Shown: positions 35,894-46,129 of the stretch, piece by piece | Layout of the letters: each line of letters starts with the position of its first letter | Position numbering within the stretch: the first letter of the stretch is position 1 | Source of the DNA: Emiliania huxleyi CCMP1516 | Taxonomy: Eukaryota | Assembly (NCBI RefSeq): GCF_000372725.1 | Contig: NW_005201240.1 | Location: forward strand, 1-64,000 | Direction of reading: 5' to 3' | DNA length: 64,000 nt | Made by a program: the position numbers and the translations under genes | Notes under the pieces: generated by a model | The model's database searches: none | The model's input: only the letters and a program-made list of their open reading frames with translations | What the model was told of the DNA's origin: nothing

Positions 35894-37882
35894 CTACAGT
35901 GGGGCGACCGCCCTCTCCAGGTAGGTTTGCCGATCATTGGCCGTCGTGAAGCGGCCCCACTCGTAGAATGGAACGCTGATCACCCGCCAGCCAGCCGCCG
36001 CGAGGAGGCGACGCTTGAGCAGCGTCGGCCCGTTGGGTTTGCGCACGCCCCATCCGTCGGGCAGCAGGAAGTGAGAGGGGCCGTCCACCTCGATCGCGAT
36101 GCGTGACGAGGGCAGCGCCAGGTCGAGCGAGTAGCTGGTGCGCGGCTCGACATACTCCTCCTCGAAGCCTGGGCCCCGCACGGCGGCGAGGGCATCCGCG
36201 ACGGAGCGCTGCAAGCCTGATGGCCGCGCTATGGTCGCCACCATAGCGTCGCAGCAAAGCTGGCGCTGGGGGTCGGGGAGGAGATGCTGCTGGCCGTCTG
36301 CCCCGCATTCCAGGGAGAGCCAGAGCTGCCATTGGTGCAGCTGACAGCGGTGCGCTGTGCTCCACATCGGATCCTGCGCGAGCGAGCCGCTGATCATGCC
36401 CGAGCAGTCGGCAAGCAGCGCCTGGTGATACAAGCCCGCCGTCGCATACGCCCACACCGTGTTGGCCAGGTCCTGGGGGTTGAAGCCGGCCAGCCCGCCC
36501 CGCACCGCCGCCTCCGCCACCGCCGCGTACAGCGCGTCTGCAGCCACGCCCGCCTTCGCATACGCCCACACCGTGTTGGCCAAGGCCTGGGGGTTGAAGC
36601 CAGCCAGCCCGCCGCGCACAGCCGCCTCCGCCACCGCCGCGTACAGCGCGTCTGCAGCCACGCCCGCCGTCGCATACGCCCACACCGTGTTGGCCAGCTC
36701 CTGCGGCTTGAAGCCAGCCAGCCCGCCGCGCACAGCCGCCTCTGCCACCGCCGCAAATAACGCTTCCGCCGCCACGCCCGCCTTCGCATACGCCCACACC
36801 GTGTTGGCCAGGTCCTGGGGGTTGAAGCCGGCCAACCCACCGCTCACCGCCACCTCCGCCACCACCGCGTACAGCGCGTCCGCAGCCATGCCAGCCTTCG
36901 CATACGCCCACACCGTGTTGGCCAGATTCTGAGGCGTAAAGCCGGCCAGCCCGCACCGCACCGCCGCCTCCGCCACCGCCGCGAACAGCGCGTCTGCAGC
37001 CACGCCCGCCGTCGCATACGCCCACACCGTGTTGGCCAAGGCCTGAGGGTTGAAGCCAGCCAGCCCGCCGCGCACCACCGCCTCCGCCACCGCAGCAAAT
37101 AACGCTTCCGCCGCCACGCCCGCCGTCGCATACGCCCACACCGTGTTGGCCAGGTTCTGAGGATTGAAGCCAGCCAGCCCGCCGCGCACCACCGCCTTCG
37201 CCACCGCCGCAAATAATGCTTCCGCCGCCACGCCTGCCGTCGCATACGCCCACACCGTGTTGGCCAGGTTCTGAGGATTGAAGCCAGCCAGCCCGCCGCG
37301 CACAGCCGCCTCCGCCACCGCCGCAAATAATGCTTCCGCCGCCACGCCCGCCGTCGCATACGCCCACACCGTGTTGGCCAGGGCCTGGGGGTTAAAGCCA
37401 GGCATCCCTCTGCCCAAGGCCGCCTCCGCCACCGCCTCGTACAGCAAGCGCACGACACTCACTGGCAGCCGGCATTTCGCCACTCCATGAGCGACGTTAG
37501 CCAGGTTGCGTGCTTCGCATGACTGGACGAGGTCGAGCGTGCGCTGCACCAGCCGCTCAAGCTGCTCCTCGTGCCGCCGCTCGATGCGCTGCTTGCCCAG
37601 TTTGTTCCACAGGTTTGCAGCGTGGATGTGGTTCAAGCTCGCGCTGTGCCCAGTAAAGAGCGCGAGCAGCTGGTCGGTGCCGCTGGCATGCGAGATGCGG
37701 CCGTTGAGCTGTTTAGCATTGAGCTGTTCACCGGCAGCAGAGCTCTGCCGCTCGTCGCGTCTTCGCTCATTGAGGATCGGCGGTGCCATCTGGCGATTGC
37801 TTTTCCGAGGCTGCCCCAGATAGTCGCGCCTGAGATCGCGTCCGTACCCGCGTTGCGGCTCGCATCGATTGAACATGAGCAA
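35894..37882 (-). CDS. OPR-like helical-repeat protein with C-terminal RAP domain; intronless
   Basis: Nine 38-aa repeats F[NTK]PQ[ANDE]LANTVWAYA[TK]AG...; RAP motif YSLDLAL...IAIEVDGPSHF...TLLKRRLLAAAGWRVISVPFYEW. Confidence 0.93.
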   Translation of the reverse strand: MLMFNRCEPQRGYGRDLRRDYLGQPRKSNRQMAPPILNERRRDERQSSAAGEQLNAKQLNGRISHASGTDQLLALFTGHSASLNHIHAANLWNKLGKQRIERRHEEQLERLVQRTLDLVQSCEARNLANVAHGVAKCRLPVSVVRLLYEAVAEAALGRGMPGFNPQALANTVWAYATAGVAAEALFAAVAEAAVRGGLAGFNPQNLANTVWAYATAGVAAEALFAAVAKAVVRGGLAGFNPQNLANTVWAYATAGVAAEALFAAVAEAVVRGGLAGFNPQALANTVWAYATAGVAADALFAAVAEAAVRCGLAGFTPQNLANTVWAYAKAGMAADALYAVVAEVAVSGGLAGFNPQDLANTVWAYAKAGVAAEALFAAVAEAAVRGGLAGFKPQELANTVWAYATAGVAADALYAAVAEAAVRGGLAGFNPQALANTVWAYAKAGVAADALYAAVAEAAVRGGLAGFNPQDLANTVWAYATAGLYHQALLADCSGMISGSLAQDPMWSTAHRCQLHQWQLWLSLECGADGQQHLLPDPQRQLCCDAMVATIARPSGLQRSVADALAAVRGPGFEEEYVEPRTSYSLDLALPSSRIAIEVDGPSHFLLPDGWGVRKPNGPTLLKRRLLAAAGWRVISVPFYEWGRFTTANDRQTYLERAVAPL
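36371..37396 (-). repeat. Coding tandem array of nine 114-bp units (last unit degenerate)
   Basis: Motif cgcatacgcccacaccgtgttggcca recurs every 114 bp. Confidence 0.95.
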
Positions 37883-37900
37883 CTTGTGTTACGCCGCCAT

Positions 37901-38016
37901 TCTTTTTCAGTGTACGTACGTACTTTTAGCTTACTGGGAGAAAAGAGAGAGGGGGTTGTGTTCTCTAGGCCCCTAAGGGCCCTACGCGCGGCGTGAGAGC
38001 TCGGAAGCGAGCTTTG
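37901..38016. repeat. Dispersed repeat (copy 2), direct orientation relative to 31401-31551
   Basis: tctttttca.tgtacgtac...tagcttactggga.aaaagagagagggggttgtgttctctaggccccta.gggccctacgcgcggcgtgagagctcggaagcgagctttgc. Confidence 0.85.
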
Positions 38017-38351
38017 CTCTCTCTCTCAGTGTATGTAGCTCTTACGTACATTCCCGTAGGAGGACTCTGCTGACAGGGTTTGCGATGAGGAGCGACCCGA
38101 AGGGTTTCTCGGAGGTTAGTGCACCACTAACCGCCGAAGCGCAAGCGCTGGGAGCAAGAACACTGCGACGTATCGGGCTCATACTAGCACCCCCTCGAGC
38201 CGACGTTCTGGCTCAGCGAGGCTGCTGCGGAGCACTCGCGGACCGGTTCTTCTGGTCCAGGGAGGCCGCTGCGGGGCACCCGGCGGCTCGGGTCACTTCT
38301 CATCGCAAACTCGGTCGACCCGCAACGACTGTTGCCCCAGGGTCTTCGTGG

Positions 38352-40258
38352 ATGGCCACCATCGCCCTCGCCCTGCTCTCTGCCGAGGCGTCGGCGCTCG
38401 TCTCCACGTCGCACAACGGTAGGTTTGCGCCGGCGCTCGGGCTGCGCCGCGCCGGCCCGCTCTTGAGCAGCACGGCCGCGGCGCTGGAGCTGCAGCGCAG
38501 CGCCGAGTCCACCGCCGACGCAATCCAGCGCAAGCTGGCGAGGATACGCGAGCTCCGCCCGACGGAGCAATCGCCCGAGGTGCAGCAGAAGCTGTGGGAG
38601 TCGGCTGGGCTGCTGCCGATGTACAAGGTGTCTGGCTCGGTGACCGGGGAGCCGTCCTTCACGCAGCTCTTCTCGCACGAGACGTGGAGCGCGTACACGG
38701 GCAAGTCGCCGTTCCGCCGCTGGCTGCGCACCGGCGTCACGTGGCGCCACTCGACCGTCCTCGCCTCGGTGTGGCCGATCTGCCTCTCGCTCTCGCTCTG
38801 GTCCTTCTGCGTCGCCTCGCTGCCCGCGAGGTTTCTGCCACGCACGTCGCCCCTGCCGCTGACGGCGATGGGCTCTGCGATCGGGCTCCTCCTCGTCTTC
38901 CGCGTCAACAACCTGTACGGCAGGGTGGCCGAGGCGCGGCTGCTGTGGGGGAGGGCCGTCTTCCTCTGCCGGCAGGCGGCCGAGACGCCTCCGAGACACT
39001 TCTCAGACACTCCCCAGACTCTTCCCTGCCGCTCATCGTCCCAGGCGGCCCGGCCCTGTCAATGGGTGATGAAGTAACCTCCGAGAGTGGGGCCAACAGG
39101 CGGCCCAGACAGTCGCGACGGCTCTCCTCTTCGACCGCAGCCTGCCGGCGGAGCGAGCGCCCGCCTCGCACGCAGCCGCGTCTAAGGTGTGCCGCTACCT
39201 CGCCGCCTTCCCCTGGGAGCTGAACGCCAAGCTGACGGGCAAGGGCGACGGCGTCGGGAAGACGCGCGGCTTGCGGCCCGGCGAGGACACCGACATCCTG
39301 CGCGTGCTCCTGCCTGCCGAGGAGGTGGACTTCATCGGCCAGGCGCGCTCGCGGCCGCTGCTGCTGCTCGGCGCGATGCGGAGGCAGCTGCACGCGCAGC
39401 TCCGCGTCGGCGCCGCCATCGCCCTCGAGGCGCGCCGCAGGGCTGCCCCACGCCCACGACACGCCCACGCCCCCCTGCGCCCTCAGGCACGCTCCACCCG
39501 ATGGTCTACCGCAAGCTCGAGGAGGCGACACCGCCCGGCCCCTCCCGCGCACCTCGCCACCCTGCTCCGCCCTCCCCTCCCGCGCACCTCTCACCCTGCT
39601 CCGCCCTCCCCTCGCCGCCGCAGGACCTCAAGGAGCTCGACCTCGTCGTGGGCGGCTGCGAGCGCGTCTTCTCGTCGCCCGTGCCGCCGACGATGTCTCG
39701 CCACCGTCCTCCGCTGCACTGCCTCTACGCACGCCGCCCACGACCCTTCCGGCACCCTTCCTGCAGGTCGCGGCATGTGATCCGCTGCATGCTGCTCTGG
39801 CTGCTCGGGCTGCCCGCCGTGCTGGCGGGCAGCATGTCGCCGGCGCACATCTCGCTCTGGGTCTTCCTGGTGAGCTACATCTTCGTTGGCATCGAGGAGG
39901 TGGGGGTGCAGGTCGAGCACCGAGCTGATGCGTCGCCCGAGAGGAGTCGAGATCAGCCGAGATCAGCCGAGATCAGCCGAGATCAGCCGAGATCAGCCGA
40001 GATCACACGAGATCAGTCGAGAGCAGCCGAGATCAGCCGAGGTGTGGCGTGCAGGTCGAGCAGCCCTTCGAGATCACGCCGATGACGCGGCTGTGCAACG
40101 TCAGCACGCCCCTGAGGAGGAGGAGGGCAGCGTGGCGGCGGGTTGCCTTCAGCGCGACGAGGACTGCTCTCTAGGTCATCATGCTCAACCTCGAAGAGGC
40201 CCTCGCGATGCCGCCGCCCGCCGAGGCAAGCGAGCAGGGGGGCGGCGCAGATGAATGA
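38352..40258 (+). CDS. Bestrophin-like (RFP-TM / bestrophin_2) anion channel, probably plastid-targeted, multi-exon
   Basis: LLLVFRVNNLYGRVAEARLLWG, CERVFSSPVPPTMSRH, GIEEVGVQVEQPF; N-terminal signal plus transit-like sequence. Confidence 0.9.
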
Positions 40259-40629
40259 CACAGCTCACAGGCGGGGTCGCCTTGCTGCTTGGGTGCGCGC
40301 GCCTCGTGTCTGACCAGCAACAGGACAAGAGTCAAGGGAGCGCTGAGCGCTCTCTGGGCGCGTGCTGCGCGCGCGCGGTCATCGCCCCCTCCCCATCAGT
40401 ATGGTATCCATTATCTATTTCATTTCGGTCCCATGTCGTTCTGCTTCTGGCATCTTTCATTACTTGCATCATTTTGCATATATCACATCGTGTCGTAGCC
40501 GAGCGCATGCCCATGCGTGTGCAGCTCCGTGCACATCTCGTGCATGGGCAGAGTATATCAGTCATGCGGGGATGTGTGTCGCGAAACGCGGCAGAGTACG
40601 TCAGTACGAGCAGTCATCAGACTCACAAT

Positions 40630-43036
40630 TCAGAGACAGATGACAGACACACCCGGCCTCAGTGCATTGCGTTGAACTGCAATACGATTCGAAAGAGTGT
40701 CACAATCAGTGTGTGCGCCAGCGCCTCCCCTGCCACCTCTCGCGCCCGTTCTTCCGAATGCGCCCCCATAATTACGCGCCGTCGCGGTTGTCAGTGCGCG
40801 TTCCGGCCGGGCACACTCCCGCCTCCGACCACTGGCCCCTACTTGGCCGCCGGCCCGAGCCGGCACAGCTTCCACTGCTGGCAGCACTCGAACGTGCGCA
40901 TCGCCGCTTGCAGCTCGGCCGACGCGCCGCCCGCCTCGGCGCGCACGGCCGGCCACGCCTCGCACTCGCCTACTCTCGGTGCCATCTCGTGTGTGTCACC
41001 TCGGGTCATCTCGTGAGGTGGAGGGGGCGGGAGTCGGGCGGGCCGAGGAGAGGCGACCACGCCGGCTGCGCCTTTGCACGCGCCGCCTCGCGCTCGAACA
41101 TCTGCCCGCTGCGCAGGTGGTGCGAGACGACGAAGCGACTCGCGTCCATCGCCCCGTACGTGGCGTCTCGCATCGCATCGGAGACCTGTTGTTGTTGAGG
41201 AGTCGTACTCAGCGATTGAGTGCCAATCACAGCTCGCGTCTCGCACCGCGCAAGAGGCCTACACTCCGCCACGCACACGCACCACTCGCCCACTCGGAAG
41301 CGAGGCCGCGCGCTTCACCGCGGGGGAGGGGGCGGGGCGCCGAGAGGAGGGAGAGGGACAGGTTGGCCGAGCCGAGTGCGTAGCCCAGCGTCACGTCCGA
41401 GTAGCCGCAGTCCTACCGCCAGTCCACCCCACCCCGTCAGGCTGTAGGGAGGCCCTCTGGCAGAGCGGTGCCTTCCCCGCACCGGCAGCGGCACCCAATG
41501 CTGCGGCCTCCCTTGCGTCGCCCGCCCCTTCTCGACGAGCCCCGCCTGTGAACAGCGTCTCTTCACACCTCCTGCTGTGAACAGGTGCCCCGCCCCTTCT
41601 CGACGAGGCGCGCCACGTGCGGCGAAGACGCGAACCAGACGCCTAGTGTCGTTGTGGTCATCGCTGGTGGTAGTGGTGTGGGATGCGAGCCCGCCTAGTC
41701 CTCGCCAGGACCTCGCCCGCCCCTCTCTCCACGCCCGCGGGATGTGAGGATCATCTGCGCTCATCTCGGCTCATCTCGGCTCATCTCGCCCAAGTCTCCG
41801 CCCATCACCGTCAGGGCCCCGACCACGAATGGGAAGGGGCCGTACACGCGCCGCTCCTTCGGGCAGCCGTGCCTGCGAGAATGGCATACCAGTCAGCATC
41901 ACAACATTCTCACCATCAGGAGCCCCTCCCGGCATGCGTGCCTCCGCGCGTGCGCCGCGCCGACCGGCCCCGCCTACAGAGGCCGTGTCTCGGACATGTC
42001 GTGGACATGTCGTGGACACGGGCTGCCATCGGGCCGACCAAGCCCGCCGACCAGCCGCAGTGCCTGGAAGGGTAACACACGGCTCCTGATGTCGTTACAG
42101 CATCCTTTCGAGGCCCGCCACCCACCACAGCACCTCCACTCCTCTGTCACGAAAGAGTCGTACTGGAGGTAGCCTAATAAAATAAATCATCGTAAATAAA
42201 GAATAAATATTTATTAGAGTCGTACTGGAGGTGCCTCCGTACACGCGCGGCAGGCCCGCCGCCGGCCGGAGGAAGGAGGCGAGCCTGTTGCTTGGATGAG
42301 TTAGGGGTGGCTGTGAATGAGTAGGCCCGCCGGCCGGCCAGAGGAAGGAGAGGCGGGCCTCGCGACGTCGACGAACGAGTCGTCGTCCGCCTTTAAACAA
42401 TCACAAACATGCTCATACTCGTCATCATCGTTCTTCGTCACGCATCATCTGCATGAGGAGTCGTCCGCCTTTGCGTAGAAGGAGGCGCCCGGGTAGGCGA
42501 CCGGCGCGTGGCGGAACCACGCGAACAGCTTGTCGATGCACGAGTAGATGCCGCCCGCCTCGTTGAAGTCGGACGCGTCGACGACGGCAAAGTCGTCCTT
42601 CCCGACGCGCCGCCGCTCGTCGTCGAGCTGCTGCACGTCGCGAGGCGAGAGGCCGCGCTTGCCCACGACGAAGCGAATCAGCGCCGGGGCGCCGACCTGT
42701 ACCGGGGCGGGCCGTCAGTGGTGGGCTGCCTTGGCGCCGGGCAGAGGAGATGCCCTCCGCCTCGGCTGCTGGCACGAGCACGGTCTGGCGGATCCACTCG
42801 CGCGTCTTTGGCGTACGCGGATTGGTCACGAAGCCGAGGACCAGAAACGTGGGCGGCGACTCCTGAGCCGCCGCGTGGGCCGCGCCTCGCCTCCGCCGCC
42901 GCTGACGGTGGAGACGGTGGAACACCCGGCGGCGCTCGCTCAATAGGCTGCGCTCCTGCGCGACGGCGTTCGAAACATCTTTCGACAGCACGCCCTGGAG
43001 CTCCCCAACCACGGAGGCAAGGCTGTCGGCCGGCAT
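40630..43036 (-). CDS. GT31 galactosyltransferase-like protein, multi-exon
   Basis: FLVLGFVT...REWIRQT...IRFVVG...DKLFAWF...FYAKADD motif series. Confidence 0.7.
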
Positions 43037-43978
43037 GCTGTTTTGGCGCTAGCAAGAAAAACTCTTACAAGAAGTGGCCCCTCGCAGGGAATAGGACCGC
43101 CGCAAGCGGCGTGGCGTGGAGCGGTTGAGCATCCCTCCGGGGGCCCCTCTGCGCCGGGGAGGCGTTGTTGGAGGCTAGGACGCAAGCGCGTCCGTCGCCT
43201 TTTTCAAACTCGGGTCCCCACTCCGCTACGCTCCGACCCGAATTTGGACCGTGCGAAGAGCCGTGCGTCCAGGTCTTCTGCTGCAAAGGATGCACCTACT
43301 GTCTGGTCTACCGCGAGCTCAAGAAGTCAGCCGCCTCGAAGTCGACCTACGGTCAGCCAGAGGTCGCCGAGATGGCCCGCTGAATGAACCCACCCCTCCC
43401 CTGCATCGACCATCACGGCCGTGTCGCCGCCTGCCCTCTGAAGTTCCGACTGCGTATCACGCCATCCTGTCATAACCACAATCGGACAATGTTCGGACCT
43501 ATTTAGTTACCGATCCGGGCGGGGGTGTCGGTCGTGGTCCATCGGCCGTCTTGCCCCAATGCGTGCGTGCTAGCCCCACAGCGTGGAGTGTGCTGAAGTC
43601 CCTCGCTCGCCTGTGCGCTGTGTGGGGCCTGAGTGTCCTGCGCGTGCGTGCCAACAACCACCCGGAAAAATTTGTGTGTCCATGCTTGCTGATACTTGAG
43701 CAGTCTTCAGCGTCTCCTCTCCATCCCAGCGAGCAGCGTTCTGCTGTGCCTTTTAGGACAGGTAGGTATATTTATTTACCAGGAAAGTGCCGTGTTAGGT
43801 CGTGCGCACGCGTCCCAATTTATTTAAAAAAGTGGTGCATGCACATGTGCATGCACATGTGCATGTGCATGTGCATGTGCCCAGGAGCGCTCTGGAGTCG
43901 CTCTTCGAGGTCTCGAGAAGAGGCTCGACAGCTGGTGTGTGACCTTCCTCGCTCCCGCCAAGCCTCCCAACGGCCGCG

Positions 43979-45580
43979 ATGGACCTCGACCAGGCTCTCG
44001 GCATGGTCGAGCTCGATCGCCTGTGCTCCTCCTCCCGCTCGCAGCTGCACGAGGCGCTCGTCAACCTGCTCCAGTCGCAGCAGCCGGCGAGCGCGAACCT
44101 CTCGATGGCGACGCGAGCGACGCTCGGCAAGCGCGGGCTGGGTCAGCTTGAGGTGGCCAAGGGCTCGCTCGACATCGCGAGTGACCTCTCCGCAATGGTG
44201 CTCGGGCGGACGCGCACAGCGCTCGCCGATCTCGAGGCCGCGCAGTCTTCGATCGCCGACGCCGACGCCCGCGCCATCGCCGCCGAGGCGGCGGCGGCGG
44301 CAGCTCGGTCTCGGGCCGAGGCGGCGGTGGCGGATCAGACGGCAGCGCTGCGCGCCGCAGTGGACGATGCCACCAGCAGGGCCGCGGCCGCCGAGGCGCG
44401 CGCGGCGGCCGCCGAGGCGGCCGCCGCAGCTGCGGTGCGTGAGGCGGCGGCCGCGCGCGAGTCGGCGGCCGCGAGCGAGGCGTCCGCCACCGGGCGCCTG
44501 GAGCTGGACGCGCAGCTGGAGCGGGAGCGCGGTGTGTTGGCGCGGCTCGCGGCGGAGAACCTCCTCTTTGTGAAGCGCCTCCAGCAGTCCGAGTCGGCGC
44601 GAGCAGAGGCGGAGCGCGAGCGCGCGGAGCTGCAGACGCGCTGGAGGGAGCAGACCGAGGAATGGTTCCGGCGAGCGACCGACGAGCTGCAGTCGCAGCT
44701 GCTGGTCGACTGGGGCACGTCGGGCGCGGTCGCGGCCGAGCTGCAGCAGGCACGCGAAGAGGCGGCCGCGGCGGCCTCTGAGCACGCACGCGAGGTGACG
44801 CCGCCGCCACCCGCCGCCACCCGCCGCCACCCGCCGCCACCCGCCGCCCGCCGCCACCCGCCGCCCGCCGCCACCCGCGGTGGCGCGAGCTGTCCCCTCC
44901 CCTCTAGGCTGCGGGCGCGGCGGAGCGAGAGGCGGCTCTGCGCAAGGCGCTCGACGCAAAGAGCGAGGAGCTGGCCGGCGCGTGGACGGAGTCGGGCGCG
45001 GCGCGCGAGCGGTGCGAGCAGCTGCAAGCCGAGGCGGAGGCGCGGGCGGAGGAGGAGGCGGCGGGGCGCGCGGAGCTGCGGGTGGCGCATCAGCAGGCGA
45101 GCGAGGCGCGCGCCAGCGAGAGCAAGCTCCGCGCCGTGGCGGACGACGCGACGGTCGAGGTGACGCGGCTGCGCGCGAGGGCGATCCGCACGACTTGTTG
45201 AAGACTCATTCGATCCACGAACCACTCAACAGGTGATGCGGCTGCGCGAGAGGGCGATCCGCGACGAGCAGGCGCCAGCCGAGCTGCGATGCCATCCCGC
45301 TCCATCCGTGCCTGACACCGTGAATGGCGATCAGGCGCTGGCCGGGCTGCGCGCGTCGCTGCACGGTGCCGAGGAGAAGGCGCGCGTGGCGCAAGCGGTC
45401 TCGCAGCGCGCGCGCGCCGAGGTGTCTGGCGAGCACAACGCGCTGCTCGAGGCGCAGGCGCGGCTCGACTTTGCCGAGGAGGAGACGAGGTCGCTCAAGG
45501 CGCGGCTCGACGCGGCCGAGAGAGAAAAGTCCTTTTTGCTCGCCGCGTGCAACCAGGGAGGCAAGGCGGAGCGGCTGTAG
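43979..45580 (+). CDS. Coiled-coil hypothetical protein, multi-exon
   Basis: ORF from ATG 43979 rich in A/E/R/L heptads; last exon ends ...GKAERL*. Confidence 0.6.
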
Positions 45581-46129
45581 CAGAGCGCGGTGCGCGCACC
45601 CGCGCCACGGCCCCGCGGATCCGCGCGTTACGGTAGACGCGAGAGCGGTGAAGGGGCACAGGTGGTATCCGTGCAGGGAGAAGGGGGGGAGACGTGAGAC
45701 CACACCGCGAGCTCTGCGGTTGCAGACGTGGGCCGCCACTACGCTCGCTACGCACTACCCCACTAACCGATTCTAACCGGCGCTACCCCTCGTACTTTAG
45801 TCTTTACCCCGGGGACCCTTTACTCGCCGTTTCGACGCACGGGGCCATGGGGCTGACATATACACGCTTGTCGCGCTTCGTTTTTTTTGTGCTTTTCAAA
45901 AAACAGATCCCCTCTACCTTATGCGGCAATAACCGGCACGCACAGCACCCAGAGAGATGTACATAAAAGGAAAAGGCGATCTGCCCTGTGTGGTCGGCAG
46001 ATCGAGTGAGAGGGTGAAGTAGCCTGGGCACGCCACGGCTTTGGGCCCTTGCACGCGGGCGAGGCGCTGTGCGGCTGCGAACTGAACTGTCATCCGGTAA
46101 GCGGCGCTGCGCTGCTCTCCCCTAGACCA

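Noticed and set aside
43230..43383. Cys-rich CCxxCxxCxxYRELK segment reminiscent of PLAC8
   Set aside because: Short, with no supported start or upstream exons; at most a gene fragment.
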